Below are positions 48,502-59,700 of a stretch of 64,000 nucleotides of DNA, piece by piece. Under the pieces are notes generated by a model that saw nothing but the letters and a program-made list of their open reading frames with translations, was not told where the DNA came from and searched no databases. The DNA is from Vitrella brassicaformis CCMP3155 (taxonomy: Eukaryota > Protista > Chromerida), in contig CDMY01001057.1 in assembly GCA_001179505.1 (NCBI GenBank), positions 124,001 through 188,000 on the forward strand. Direction: 5' to 3'. The translations under genes were made by a program, and so were the position numbers. Position 1 is the stretch's first letter, and every line of letters begins with the position of its first letter.

Positions 48502-50983
48502 TCAGGTCGCCATGATGTATGCCAGCCAGGTGCGCCAGCCCTCCGCCACCAGCTTATCATAGGCCGCCATCTTGCGGGCCTGCTCCCGCACTGGCAGCGG
48601 CAGCTGGGGCGGGGGCGGCACCACCACCACCACCACGGGCGGCACTGCGGCTGGGGCAGGTGCGGAAGGCAGGGCGGCGACGGGCTGCGGCAGCACGATG
48701 GCCGGGTGCACGGGGTGTGCAGGTATGTAGAGCACCTGTGCCGCACACATCAAACCAAGGCAGCACAGCACACGCAGTCAGCGGATTGTATTGTGTCGTC
48801 AGGTCTGTCTGTTTGCGGTGTGTGTTTCTCTCTCACCTGCGGCACCCCGACCACCTGCTGCACCACAGCCGCCACCGCGTCCTGAAGGTAAGCACAGCCA
48901 GCGAACGAGGGAGGCCCTCTCAGTTCAACAGCCGTAAACAAGGCGTGTTTGTGGGGTGGGTGCACTGCCCACCGGGATCAGTGCCGCGCCGTTGACGATG
49001 TCCTGCCACACGAAGCGGCGCCCCCCCTCCGTCTGCATCAACACACACACGCACGGTGCGGTGCACCAGCGTAGGCTTCCCTGCCTGTGTTTCCACTCAC
49101 TCACCGGCCGCATCATCAGCGCTGGCGACGACTTGCCCCTTCGATAGAGGCCTTGATGGAGAAACACGGCCGCCACCGCCACATGGCCTCCTGACCTATC
49201 GTCGTTGCCCGCCCGCCGGCGAGCACGCCGCTGGACGGCGCCTGATGCCGATGACGGCGGGATGCCGAGGGTACTGTTGAGATTGTTGCCGAAGCAGAGG
49301 GGCGAGCCCCCCTTCTGGAGGAAGTCGGCCTCGCCCAGCTGCTGGGAGAGGTCGCCAAAGTTGGGCATCATGCCTTGCTGCAGCTTCCCTTCTCGCTCCT
49401 TGTCCTCCTCTGAGTCGCTGAAGGTCGGTTTGGAGAAGTAGCGGTTCTGCTCGATCTCTCCCTGGAGCGATTGCAGCAGGCTGAGGTTCTCCTCAACCAT
49501 GGCCAGCTGGTCGTCACTGTCATTCTCGTCCGCAATCCCGCCTCGATTCCGCACCATCTGACGGAGCTTCTGGCGCATCAAGGTCTCGTCCAGTCCTGTC
49601 AGCTCAATCGACTGGGGGCCGTCCTCATCGCTGCTTCGCGAGGATTGGGAGCTGTTATAGGCGTACCCTGCTGCAGCTGATGAGCCCCATCTCACCCGCG
49701 GCCAATGGGCGTGAGAAAGGTCCCAGTGCCCGGACCACCACCCTGCTGCTGGCGCTGCTGCTTGAGGCGAGTGCTGCTGGCCTGTGGGGAAGGGAAGCCG
49801 CTGGGCTGGTGGCTTGGGGGCGCTGCATCGCCATCAGTGTCCTCTGTGTCGGCACCAACACGGTCTCCCTTGGCACCCGCCTGATGTACGAGAATCAACC
49901 GAGGACACAAAGTCATTGCTCATGCGTGTGTTTGAGTTCCTTCTGGTGCCCACCTCGTTCTGCATTAGCTGCGTCATGAATGGCTCTACAGCTCTCTTAT
50001 CCGGATCGTGCTCGGCTCGCAAGTAGCGGTTCTGCTCGATCTCTCCCTGGAGCGAGTGCACCAGGCTGAGGTTCTCCTCAACCATGGCCAGCTGGTCGTC
50101 ACTGTCATTCTCGTCCGCAATCCCGCCTCGATTCCGCACCATCTGACGGAGCTTCTGGCGCATCAAGGTCTCGTCCAGTCCTGTCAGCTCAATCGACTGG
50201 GGGCCGTCCTCATCGCTGCTTCGCGAGGATTGGGAGCTGTTATAGGCGTACCCTGCTGCAGCTGATGAGCCCCATCTCACCCCGCGGCCAATGGGCGTGA
50301 GAAAGGTCCCAGTGCCCGGGCCACCACCCTGCTGCTGGCGCTGCTGCTTGAGGCGAGTGCTGCTGGCCTGTGCCACATCGGGGTTGAACTTGTTGTTGTG
50401 TGACGGCAAAGCAGGGGGAGGGTCCGGGTGGGTGTTGGGTGCGATGGTCTGCGGCAACCATCCGTCCCCCTGTCCGCTGCCACTGCCAACGCCCCACCGC
50501 CATCCCTCGGTCGACGAATGCGTGTCGTCGGAATCGGTGTCCTTCGGTCACGTACGGACAAGGGGATGGTTAGGCTAGAAGGCTCGCAGGTCTGTCTGTC
50601 AGCTGTTTGTCGCTCGCTCACCGGTTTGGTCGATTTGTGACGCCACCCCTCAGGCACCTGACCCGCCTTGCCATCCACCTCAACAGAAGCCTACACACAC
50701 ACGACACACACAGGGGTGAATGACCCACCCAACGCGGTTCTGCGTGCGCGCATACCTCCATACGAGGCCGGCGACTGCTGGCCTCGTAGCACGTTATGCC
50801 TTTCCCCTCAGCTGCAACACGCACAACGCATACACATGCGCTATGCCTGCCGTCCACTGGATCTCTTCTCTTTTGTGAATGCATGCATGGTGGTCTCACC
50901 CTCCCGGCATTCGAGGGCTTGGGGAGCATGGCTCGTGCTGAACGCAAACCAAACAAGGATGCCACGGCAATGAGTAACGGCAT
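48502..50983 (-). CDS. Hypothetical protein, possibly secreted, with internal duplication and apparent frameshift
   Basis: Candidate start MPLLIAVASLFGLRSARAML, followed by coding-like exons (GPQSIELTGLDETLMRQKLRQMVRNRGG...LSLxxSLQGEIEQNRY, present twice). The Pro/Val-rich last exon ends WRTWLAYIMAT*. The model is tentative. Confidence 0.4.
49436..50372. repeat. ~351-bp near-identical direct duplication (49436-49786 and 50021-50372)
   Basis: The copies align at offset 585-586 with a few substitutions and a 1-nt indel (ctcacccgcgg vs ctcaccccgcgg). Confidence 0.95.
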
Positions 50984-51871
50984 ACCAACAGATTCAGATG
51001 CATCTCGTCCATCCCCGCATCCCGCTGTGCGTGTTCTTACGTGAGGAGTACACCAATTGGGATTACAAGCGAGAAGGCCAGAGCCCCGACGAACACTAGC
51101 GAACGAGCGAGTTCTATCATAGTGCGTGTGTGTGTGCTGAAAAAGCATTTCACCGAAAAGCTCGCCTCGGTGAAAAGCTCGCCCTTACACAAGGGGGTGA
51201 TTGGGCGGCGAAATCACAACCAAACTAAGTGTTTCTCCCTCACCCATCGACGCTCTCACACGCAGAACAGGAGGGAACGGGTGGCTTAAAAGTTCCTTGG
51301 AAAGTCGACGAGAATTCCACTTGCGAGTATTCCGTGGCCCCACGAGACGGGAACGCCGTCTTTTTCGAAAAGAAGAGTCATTGTCCGCGTTTCCTTCATC
51401 AGCATGATGGCAACCCTCTTCCGTCATCCTCTCCGCTCACAAAGAAGGGCAAATTTGCCCTCCTCTTTCCCTTCCCTCTCTCTGTGTTTGGTCGGGTTGG
51501 GGCGTTCCGCAGCAGCAGCAGCTGACGACGACGAGGAGAGCGTTTGGAGTGATGGCGAGCCCAAAGGCGATGGACGAGTGTAGCGAGCATGCCAGACCAC
51601 CCCTGTGTCCGAGGGCGTGTCAGACACACAGCGACGTCGCATGAAGAACCAGCTGGGTGGCATCTGTCAACCGCATGAAGAACCCGCGGGCATGTGGGCA
51701 TCCCAAGCCGATTCGCAACTGTCCTGCCGTCCTCCAGCATCCCTCGCCCTTCTGATAGCCTGCCCACCGTGTGGCTCACACACACACGCCAACCAGGGAG
51801 AAGCGACACGCCGCGGCCTTCGCACATGAGAGTGTGTGTGTGTGTGTGTCGTCGATTAATGACAGGATAGA

Positions 51872-53900
51872 GTGGGATCGCAGGAGGGCAATGACGTCCA
51901 AGTTCACCCTGTGTCTGGAGTATGGGGCCCCGAGGAGCTGACAGGACTGAGCGGGACTGTCGACGATCAGACTGATGAGGAGGCTGGCGGAGGCGGGGAG
52001 CGGGATAGCCCCTCCATCCTCGAGCAGTGGTTCCCCCAGTTGTTCGCCAGCAAGCGCCCCGAGGTCATCGCTGTCGGCCCGCCTCTCATTGGCCCCAAGA
52101 CGGCCGACAAGGCCAACCTCATGACGGGTCCGACGGGCGAGGGGGACACACCCAGGATGATGGACGACACCATGGCACCCCTCTCGGCCGGATCCTCGTC
52201 AGCCGCCGGCGGGACATCCTCACCCTCGAATCGCTCGCCGCCTTCTGTGCCGGCACACGGCTTCGTTCGCGCCGACTCGCAGCCGATCGAGATGTTCGAC
52301 GGCAGCACTACGCCTGACGCGGCGGGCGGGGACCAGCTCAAGGGCGGGCAGCGGGCGTTCTCGTCCCTGGCAGCCCCGTTCGTGCCGTCAATGTCAATGT
52401 CGATGTCGTCCATCAAGCCGCTGGAGCCGCCTCACATCTTTCCCTCTGGCGGGGCGGATGGTGGCGCACCGTTCCTCAAACCGTTCCTCAACCACACACA
52501 CGACGGCCCGGCCCCCCCGCCCCCACATGTGCCGCAGCCAAGCGCGATTTTTCCATCGCTGTTGATATATAGCATGGCCTGGTTTGGTTTGGTTTGTCGA
52601 CAGTTTCTGAGGCCGTCAGTGGCGGTGAGGATCGATGGGTGGACGGGAGAGGGCGCCCCGCAAGCCGGGCGACTGGTGGAACTTCAGGCCTGAACACGCC
52701 ATCCCACATGGAGGTACGTATGCGTGTCACTCATCCGGGACCGTCGGATGGATGGATGGATGGATGTGTTGTGTTGGTGGTGTGGTTGGCGTCATGCAGC
52801 TTTGTCGTTTGGTCTGGTCAAGGAGCAGCTCGTGCCATGGATCAGGCATTTCGTGCCGTCGTATCCCGGCAAGGTGCTCAAGCGGCTGCGGTCTCAGCGC
52901 TTCCCGAGCGATGTGATCGCCTTCTTCGGTCCAATCGATGGTGCTGACCTGTCCATCCGCAACGGGCAGCTGCGGCACCAAGCTGCACGGCACGAGCAGA
53001 TGACGTCTCTCAACAGGACAACCGCTGTCGTGCCCGAGACTGTGGGGTACCGGCGAGAAGCGGACCAAAGATGAGATGGATGTATGTAATGCAGAGGCCA
53101 TACGGACCCCCACGAGAAAGGGACGCGAGCTTTGTTGGATCGTCTCCCCGAATGAAAACAACAAACAACTCTTTGCCTTGATGATCAATATGGCAAGGAG
53201 CATCGCGTTCGTTGGGGGCGCTGAGCCTCGTGTGCGTTCTCATCTTCTGACTACTAGTGCCTCCACCATTCATGAGATGCATCTGCGTGTTGTTGGCATG
53301 CTACAGCATCCTGGCCTGTATATGTATTCAGCACTCATCGTTCTCAAAGACCTATATGGCTTCCAGCTCAAGGAGGACGGCAGCGCACTTATCATGATCT
53401 ACGACAGCGAAATGTTCGATCTCTCTGGCGTCGTCGACGGAGGCAAGAAGGAGGCCAGAGTCGCGGGGGCTATTGTGCAAGAGATTGACCCACAGGGCAA
53501 CGTGGTAAGTAAGCCACACACACCAGAGAGAGAGAGAGAGAGAGAGTCGGGGCCTTGCACACGAGTCGTGTGTCTCTCTGGTGTGGTTGTATGTTTGTGT
53601 TTGCCAGGTCTTTGAGTGGCGCAGCTGGGACGGCTACACGTGGCAGTTCAGGGTGACCAAGAAGAGCCTGGACACCTTCCGCAAGGACCGCCGGGAGGGT
53701 GAGATCGTCAGATCGACAGGCGGAGTGATAGAGGTATGTACGTATACACAGTGTTGTCTATCCATGTGTGTGCGTGTCTGTGTGTGTGCGTGTTGTGTAG
53801 GGTGACGCCAGTGATTGGGTGAGGCCTCCAACCACTCAATCATCCAGCTCGACGCTCCAGTCGGCCCGACGACGGGGGTAGTGGCCGTGTCTCCATGTCT
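51872..53900 (+). CDS. Hypothetical multi-exon protein with PAM2-like motif and an arylsulfotransferase (ASST)-like fragment
   Basis: Low-complexity first exon with FSSLAAPFVP (52358-52387). A later exon pair gives LKDLYGFQLKEDGSALIMIYDSEMFDLSGVVDGGKKEARVAGAIVQEIDPQGNV-VFEWRSWD. Start, end and internal joins are uncertain. Confidence 0.45.
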
Positions 53901-55567
53901 CTGTGTCTCTGTCCGTGTCAGGGATCGCTGCCTTCATTTTATATCTGCGGAGACCTCAACAACGCCAACTCGCCACTGAGTCCTCACTCGTCGATCTGCC
54001 TGTAGGTCTGTAGGTCTGTCTGTCTGTCTGCCTGTATGTCTTCTTGCGCTGTGTCCTTTGCAGGCTTCATGGCACATTCTCACCTGAGCTGACGGCCCAA
54101 GGCTCGGCCCTCAGTACGCGAGCGTCAGCGACCAGATGAGTGGACAAAGCTGCTCGAGCGGCGTTGCGTGCCTTGCAAGACAGAGGTCCATCACCGTCAT
54201 GGACTCGTCCTTCACCGGCGGGAGCGGATGAAAGCAGGCAGTTGGCCAGCGTTCATTGGATGGAGACTCTGTGTCATCTGTAAAGGTGGGTGTCGATGTC
54301 GTATCGCTCTCCGCCGGTGGCTGCGGTGCGGTGCGGGTGCATTTCTGTCGATGGCTGCACTGATGTATGAGAGCGAAGAAACGTTTGTCAGGGGTGCATG
54401 TGCGTGTTCTGTCCGGGTGTGGGGAGTGAGGTAAGCTAAGCGATGACCGTCAATGAACGACATACCATTGATTGAAGGGAGTCATATGCCTGGATGCATT
54501 GATAAAGTGCACTCAAAAGAGCAATGCGATCGATGCACACACACACCACCCCCACACAGCGACAAAGAAACCAGTACATCCAGCCATCCATCCAGCAGCC
54601 ACCCCCAAACAGCCACCCCAATCTTTTTGGCTCGGCCTTGCGTCGCTCGCAACAGAAGTGCTAACAGGAACGATCGGCGGTTCTCCTTCAGATGATGGAC
54701 ATGGAAGCCCTCGACCCACAGCCAGCGACGAAAAAGGCTCGCAGGGCCCTGTGACGCTCTGTCCTTTCGTCGTCTGCCGTTGGCCGAGGTACATCCGTGT
54801 CCGTCGTCAAGACAAGAAAGGAGAAACAGACGAGTGAGTCAAGCAAACCAGGTGGTGGCAGTGCCAGTGCGCCTCAAGCTTGATGCATGCAGCATACGTG
54901 TGGATGTCCCCACAAAGCTGCCCGCCGCCCGCCTGCCTGCCCTCTCTCACCACCCGTCAATCAACACTCACAAAAACGGCCCCCTTCGTCGCTGAGAGAC
55001 TCATTGCTGCACTGCACCACACACCATGCCCCGCCCCCACATCCGCCACATACACACAGACACGCACATGCGTTCGAGAAAGACGTCCATATGCACAGAG
55101 AGATGACGAGATAGAGACATCCCGGCGGTTGGTGGGTTATCCATCGGTCGGTCCCTCGAATAAAGGAAAGGACATACGCACACACGATGTCCCATGGTGC
55201 AGCCAGGGAGGCAGGGAGGCAGGCAGGATGGGCATGTGAGAGCAGCGGAAAAAATCGCAGGCACGCAATCAATAAGGTAACTCGACGCGAAAAAGGAGCC
55301 CCCTCCGCACGCACGCACACCAAACCATACCTTACAAACACACTCAGCCATCCTTTCACTCACTCACTCACTCGGCATGAATACATTTGACATATACAGT
55401 GCCCTCCCCTCCTCCCCATGGCATGCAGAAATGAACGGTTTGGTGCCACATAACAAGCGTTATCCATCCATCCATCATGTGTGTCGGTCGTGTGTCAGTC
55501 AGGTGAGGAGACAGTGAGTGAGGGAGTCAGTCGAGCAAGCGAGCGAGTCAGCGAGTGAGGGTGTGGG

Positions 55568-56313
55568 TCAGTTGGGGTCGTAGGTGGCCTGCTGCTGTTC
55601 GTGGCAAAAGGAGTAGTAGCACATGTCGTGACACAACCGCTGAGCAGCGTGAATCGACTCGGCGGTGCCTGCACACACACACAGAACAACAAAGACAGTC
55701 CTTTCCCTCCCTCCCTCTCTTGACATGTGTCCGTGTGCTTGTGTGTGGTGTGCGTGCGGTGCGTACCTCTTAGCCTGATCCAGTAGAGGTGTGGCGCTGA
55801 TCGGTCGGGCTTCAGGGGAGGGGCGATGTGACACGTCTGCACCAATGTCTGCAATGCAGATCGACAACACGCACACATCGTCCGTCATCCACACCATGCA
55901 GTGGTAGTAGTAAATGGTGTGGGTCACGTCAGTCACGTACCTTAATGGTGTCGTGGTATTCCTGCAAGATCTCGAGCTGCGTCCTCGACACGAGCAGCTC
56001 CACACACTCGGACGAACGGTCACTCACAACACCTGACAGTGACATACACACACACATACAAAAATGTATAACATGACAATTAGAAGAGACAACAAAGCAC
56101 GCAAATGAGCGGTGTCGGCAAGCACACCAGTCTGATCAGAGCAGCTCAGCTGCCAGGCTGCACTTCTGTCTGAGCATCATCTTTGCATTGGCAGCGTCGC
56201 TGACTGTCAATGACACTGTCCTCCCCTTCCTCACCATCGGTGGGTGTGGCCATTCGCCGCAGCAGGAATCCTTGGCGAGAGCGTGTGCGCCCAGGCGTCG
56301 CACCAGCCTCCAT
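55568..56313 (-). CDS. Small protein with a degenerate KH-like domain
   Basis: Exons: ...GVVSDRSSECVELLVSRTQLEILQEYHDTIK-TLVQTCHIAPPLKPDRSAPHLYWIRLR-GTAESIHAAQRLCHDMCYYSFCHEQQQATYDPN*. The KH-like pattern is ELLV...IK.L...I.L.GT.E.I..A..L. The first exon requires a GC donor. Confidence 0.55.
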
Positions 56314-56799
56314 CGTGGCGAGTCGAGGGAGCGCGGCGGATCACGCGCCACGGGAAACTGATTACATACGTCGAAAGCCGCAGCGCGAGCGGAGAGGGGA
56401 GAAGGGAATGAAGAGGGAGCGGCGCGGCGAGAAGAAGATGCGAGCTTGGAATCTGGCGACTTAGCTCGCAAGTTGAGAGCGGCAAAAGTGGGAGCCGGCA
56501 AGAGCCTCATCAAAGCGGCTGCAAGGCTGCAGATCAGCAGGTAAAAAACCTCGAGAGATCAGGTGCTCCGATCTGCCACTCGCGGCATGTGTGTCATGTG
56601 CCTGCAGCACGGCACTGCCCGATCTGCCGTTCAATCGTCGTGTGTGCGCTTGTGTGGACTGTGCAGGTGTTTGAAGGCCGGCCAGCGGTTGGCTCCGCCA
56701 CTCTGCGTGTTAGAGCGTCCGACCGCCAGACCTTGTCAGTCAGCGTGATGGTGTTAGTGTGCCGGCATAGGTGACCAGGAGTGGGTGGATTGGTTCAGG

Positions 56800-59700
56800 A
56801 TGGGTCGCCGGTCTCGTCAGCAGGGCCGCTCGTCGCGCGGCACATCCCAGACACGAGTCGGTACCACATCCCCCGTGCGACGCAGGAAGGACAAAGACGG
56901 AGGGGGACCTGCAGGCGACACCACCACCAGCCGGAAGGACAGGGACCGCGACAGAGAGAGGAGCAGAGATCCAAAGGGCGGCAGCAGCAGTGGTGGCACC
57001 ACAGCAGCCAATGCCAGCCCGGCTGCTGGGGGGGGTGGGGGTGGTCCGCCAGCCACGCGGGAGAAGACTCCCAGCAAGGCATCAGCGGCAGCGGTGGACG
57101 GCAAGACCCGCAGTGATCCGCCCAAGGTGGGCAGCGCCGCCCCAGGTCCTGTGGTGTGTGTGCCCACCAGCACACGTGACGTGTCGCCCGACCGTCAGAG
57201 TGCTGTCTCGGTGGCGTCCATGTCCGAGTCCCTCCTACTCGCAAAGGCCGCCTCGTCAGACATCGTACAGCGCATCACTCGAGGCCGGGACGAGCTACGT
57301 GTGGTGAGGCTGGACCCTCGACTGCTGGGCCTCCTCAAGGAGCGACAGACGGCCGCCACCTGCCCGGTGCTTCAAGAGACCAGCTCGTCCAGCACATCCA
57401 CATCGTCGTCTTTGCCACCGTTTTCGTCAGCTCAGGAGGAGCTGCACGCTTTCCACCTGACGCTGTACACGCTGTTGGCGCAGGCGTCCAAGTGCACGAG
57501 CAACTGGCTGGCGCCGCCCGAGAGCGTCGACAAGGATCTGTTCAACCAGATCGGCGGGTGGAGGAGCCTCGTCCTCAAGATACACCAGCTGCTGGCCAAC
57601 ATCATCGGCGGGCCGGAGAGGAAGAGAACCACCAGCGAGAGCTGTGGAATTGGCGGGCAGGACGAGGGGGCGGTGGCTGGGGCGGGCAGGGGGGCCACAC
57701 CGACACCGGCAGCATCTGAGTCAGCTGCCGGCAACAAGGAGAGCAGCAGCAGCAGCACCGCTGCCCCGGCCAGCAGTGTGTCGACGACGTCGCTCAAGGA
57801 CTGGAACTTGCTCAACGAGCAGGGTCATCAGAAGGATGGAGGGTTCGTTAACGACACCGACTCCTTGACCAACTCGGTGTTGCTCCACCAGAGCACGGCC
57901 TCCACGGCCGTCCGCAGCGACACGAGCAGCGACGGCAAGGAGGGGCCGCGGAAGAGCGAGGCCGACACCAAGGGCAAGAGCGACGCGGGCGAGACCCTCC
58001 CACCCACATCGTCAGACACCACGACGGTCCGCAAGGACTCCAACATGCCCGGCCTGTCGCTGCGACAGACCAACACCCTCGAGACGCTCTCCCTCTGCCG
58101 CACTCTAGAGAAGCTCGGCAACGAGCTGGACCTCAGCCTCTCGCCTATGGCCAAAGGCGAGAGTCCCCTCAACAAGGACCCTACTAAGACCACCAGCAGC
58201 GGCAGCAACAACCACACGAGCTACAAGGGGCAGGACAACAACGACATCCTGCTGCCATACCGCCCCCTGTCGCTGCCCGTCCACGTGTACGTGTCGCTTC
58301 AGCCGGCCTCGTGGAATGCTGTGTCGCTCGACTCACCCAGGGACGTCTATGCAGCAGTGGGAGAGAAGACCGGTGCAGCCGAGGAGTCACACCCCACCAC
58401 CACCGCCGCCCCGTCATCATCGGGTCCATTCACGATCGGCGATGACGACCGCAGCGAGGCGGCCAACGAGGAGGCCACCCAGGCAAAGGCCAACGAGAAG
58501 AAGACCACATCCCCGCTCCGCCTCAGCTTCGACTTCAAGTCCCTACACACGCTCCTTGACGGCGCCGTGTCGGCCAAGGACAAGTCCAAGGACAAGGCGG
58601 CCGCCAACCAGCCCACATCGGCATCGTCCGCCACCACCAAGGACGGCTCGGCCAGCGGCCCCTCCGAGGGCACCCTCACACACAAGCGTGGCGGCATCCT
58701 GGGTTTCACGATCGAGTGGGATTCGTCCAAGCGCATCGTGTTTGCCACCGTTGACCTGGACATCCTGTGGTTCTGTCTGTCGAGCGCCGGTCGGTTCGAC
58801 CCCTACATGCAGGCGGCCCTCTGCTGGCTGCTCCGACCCGTGAGGGACGCCTCGGTGCTGCGGGTGTCGCCGCCGCCCATTCTTGCGTCGAGCTGGGAGA
58901 TGTGCCGCACGGTGGCCGCGCACGGCCTGCGGATCCACCGGGACTCGCGAGACAAGTACCGGCTGAATGCCGAGCAGTACGAGTGGTACCTCACACTGCT
59001 CACCAGCGGAGGTGAGCACAAGGATGGGATGCAGGGGGGTGCTGTGCGTCGGGACGTGAGGGATGTCTTGGTGTGGATGTGTGTTTGGTCAGGCGTTGAG
59101 GCCGTGCAGGACACTCTGGGTGACATTGAGGAATGCATCTGGCACGGCCACTTCACGCCATTTGACGCCATGGTCAGTCAGACACGCGACAACACATTCA
59201 TCTCTCACTCACGGACCTTCCCCTCCTTCATCTGTGTGAACGGTTGTGCTGTGGTCCCTCTGTCTGTTGCAGAGTCGCAAGCTGTTGGAGCGCATTCTGG
59301 TGTCGCTGATCGGACACCATGAAGTTGACATCAGGCAAGGAAGGACACAACCCCCCACAGCACCTGAAGCGCAGCAGCGGACAGGCGGACGGACATCGTG
59401 TGTTGTATGGTATGTTCATTGATTTGTTCCTGCAGGAGCCAGGCGGTGGTCCTGCTCAACATGTTCTACGACGGAACAGACTGGCAACACCAGGTGCGGT
59501 GCGCACAGACAGCACTCACACACAGAGGGCAAGAGCGAGACACACGGCAAGCACCTGGCATGCCCCCCCTCCTTGCTTGTCTGTCAGGTTGCATTCACCC
59601 CTATCATCCGGTCGGTGGGCGACCCCTTCGAGATAGAGTTCATCATCGAGGACGACACCGAGGGCGTCTTCCTACAACTCGCCGCACCCTCATTCAACCG

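Noticed and set aside
54100-55500. Possible extra gene (ORFs 54168-54434, 54513-54794, 55001-55363)
   Set aside because: No recognisable motifs, and I could not build an in-frame splice chain; it may be UTR or an unmodelled gene.
56146-56148. In-frame TGA as selenocysteine/readthrough in the KH-like gene
   Set aside because: A GC splice donor a few bases earlier gives the correct phase for the next exon, and I see no SECIS-like hairpin.
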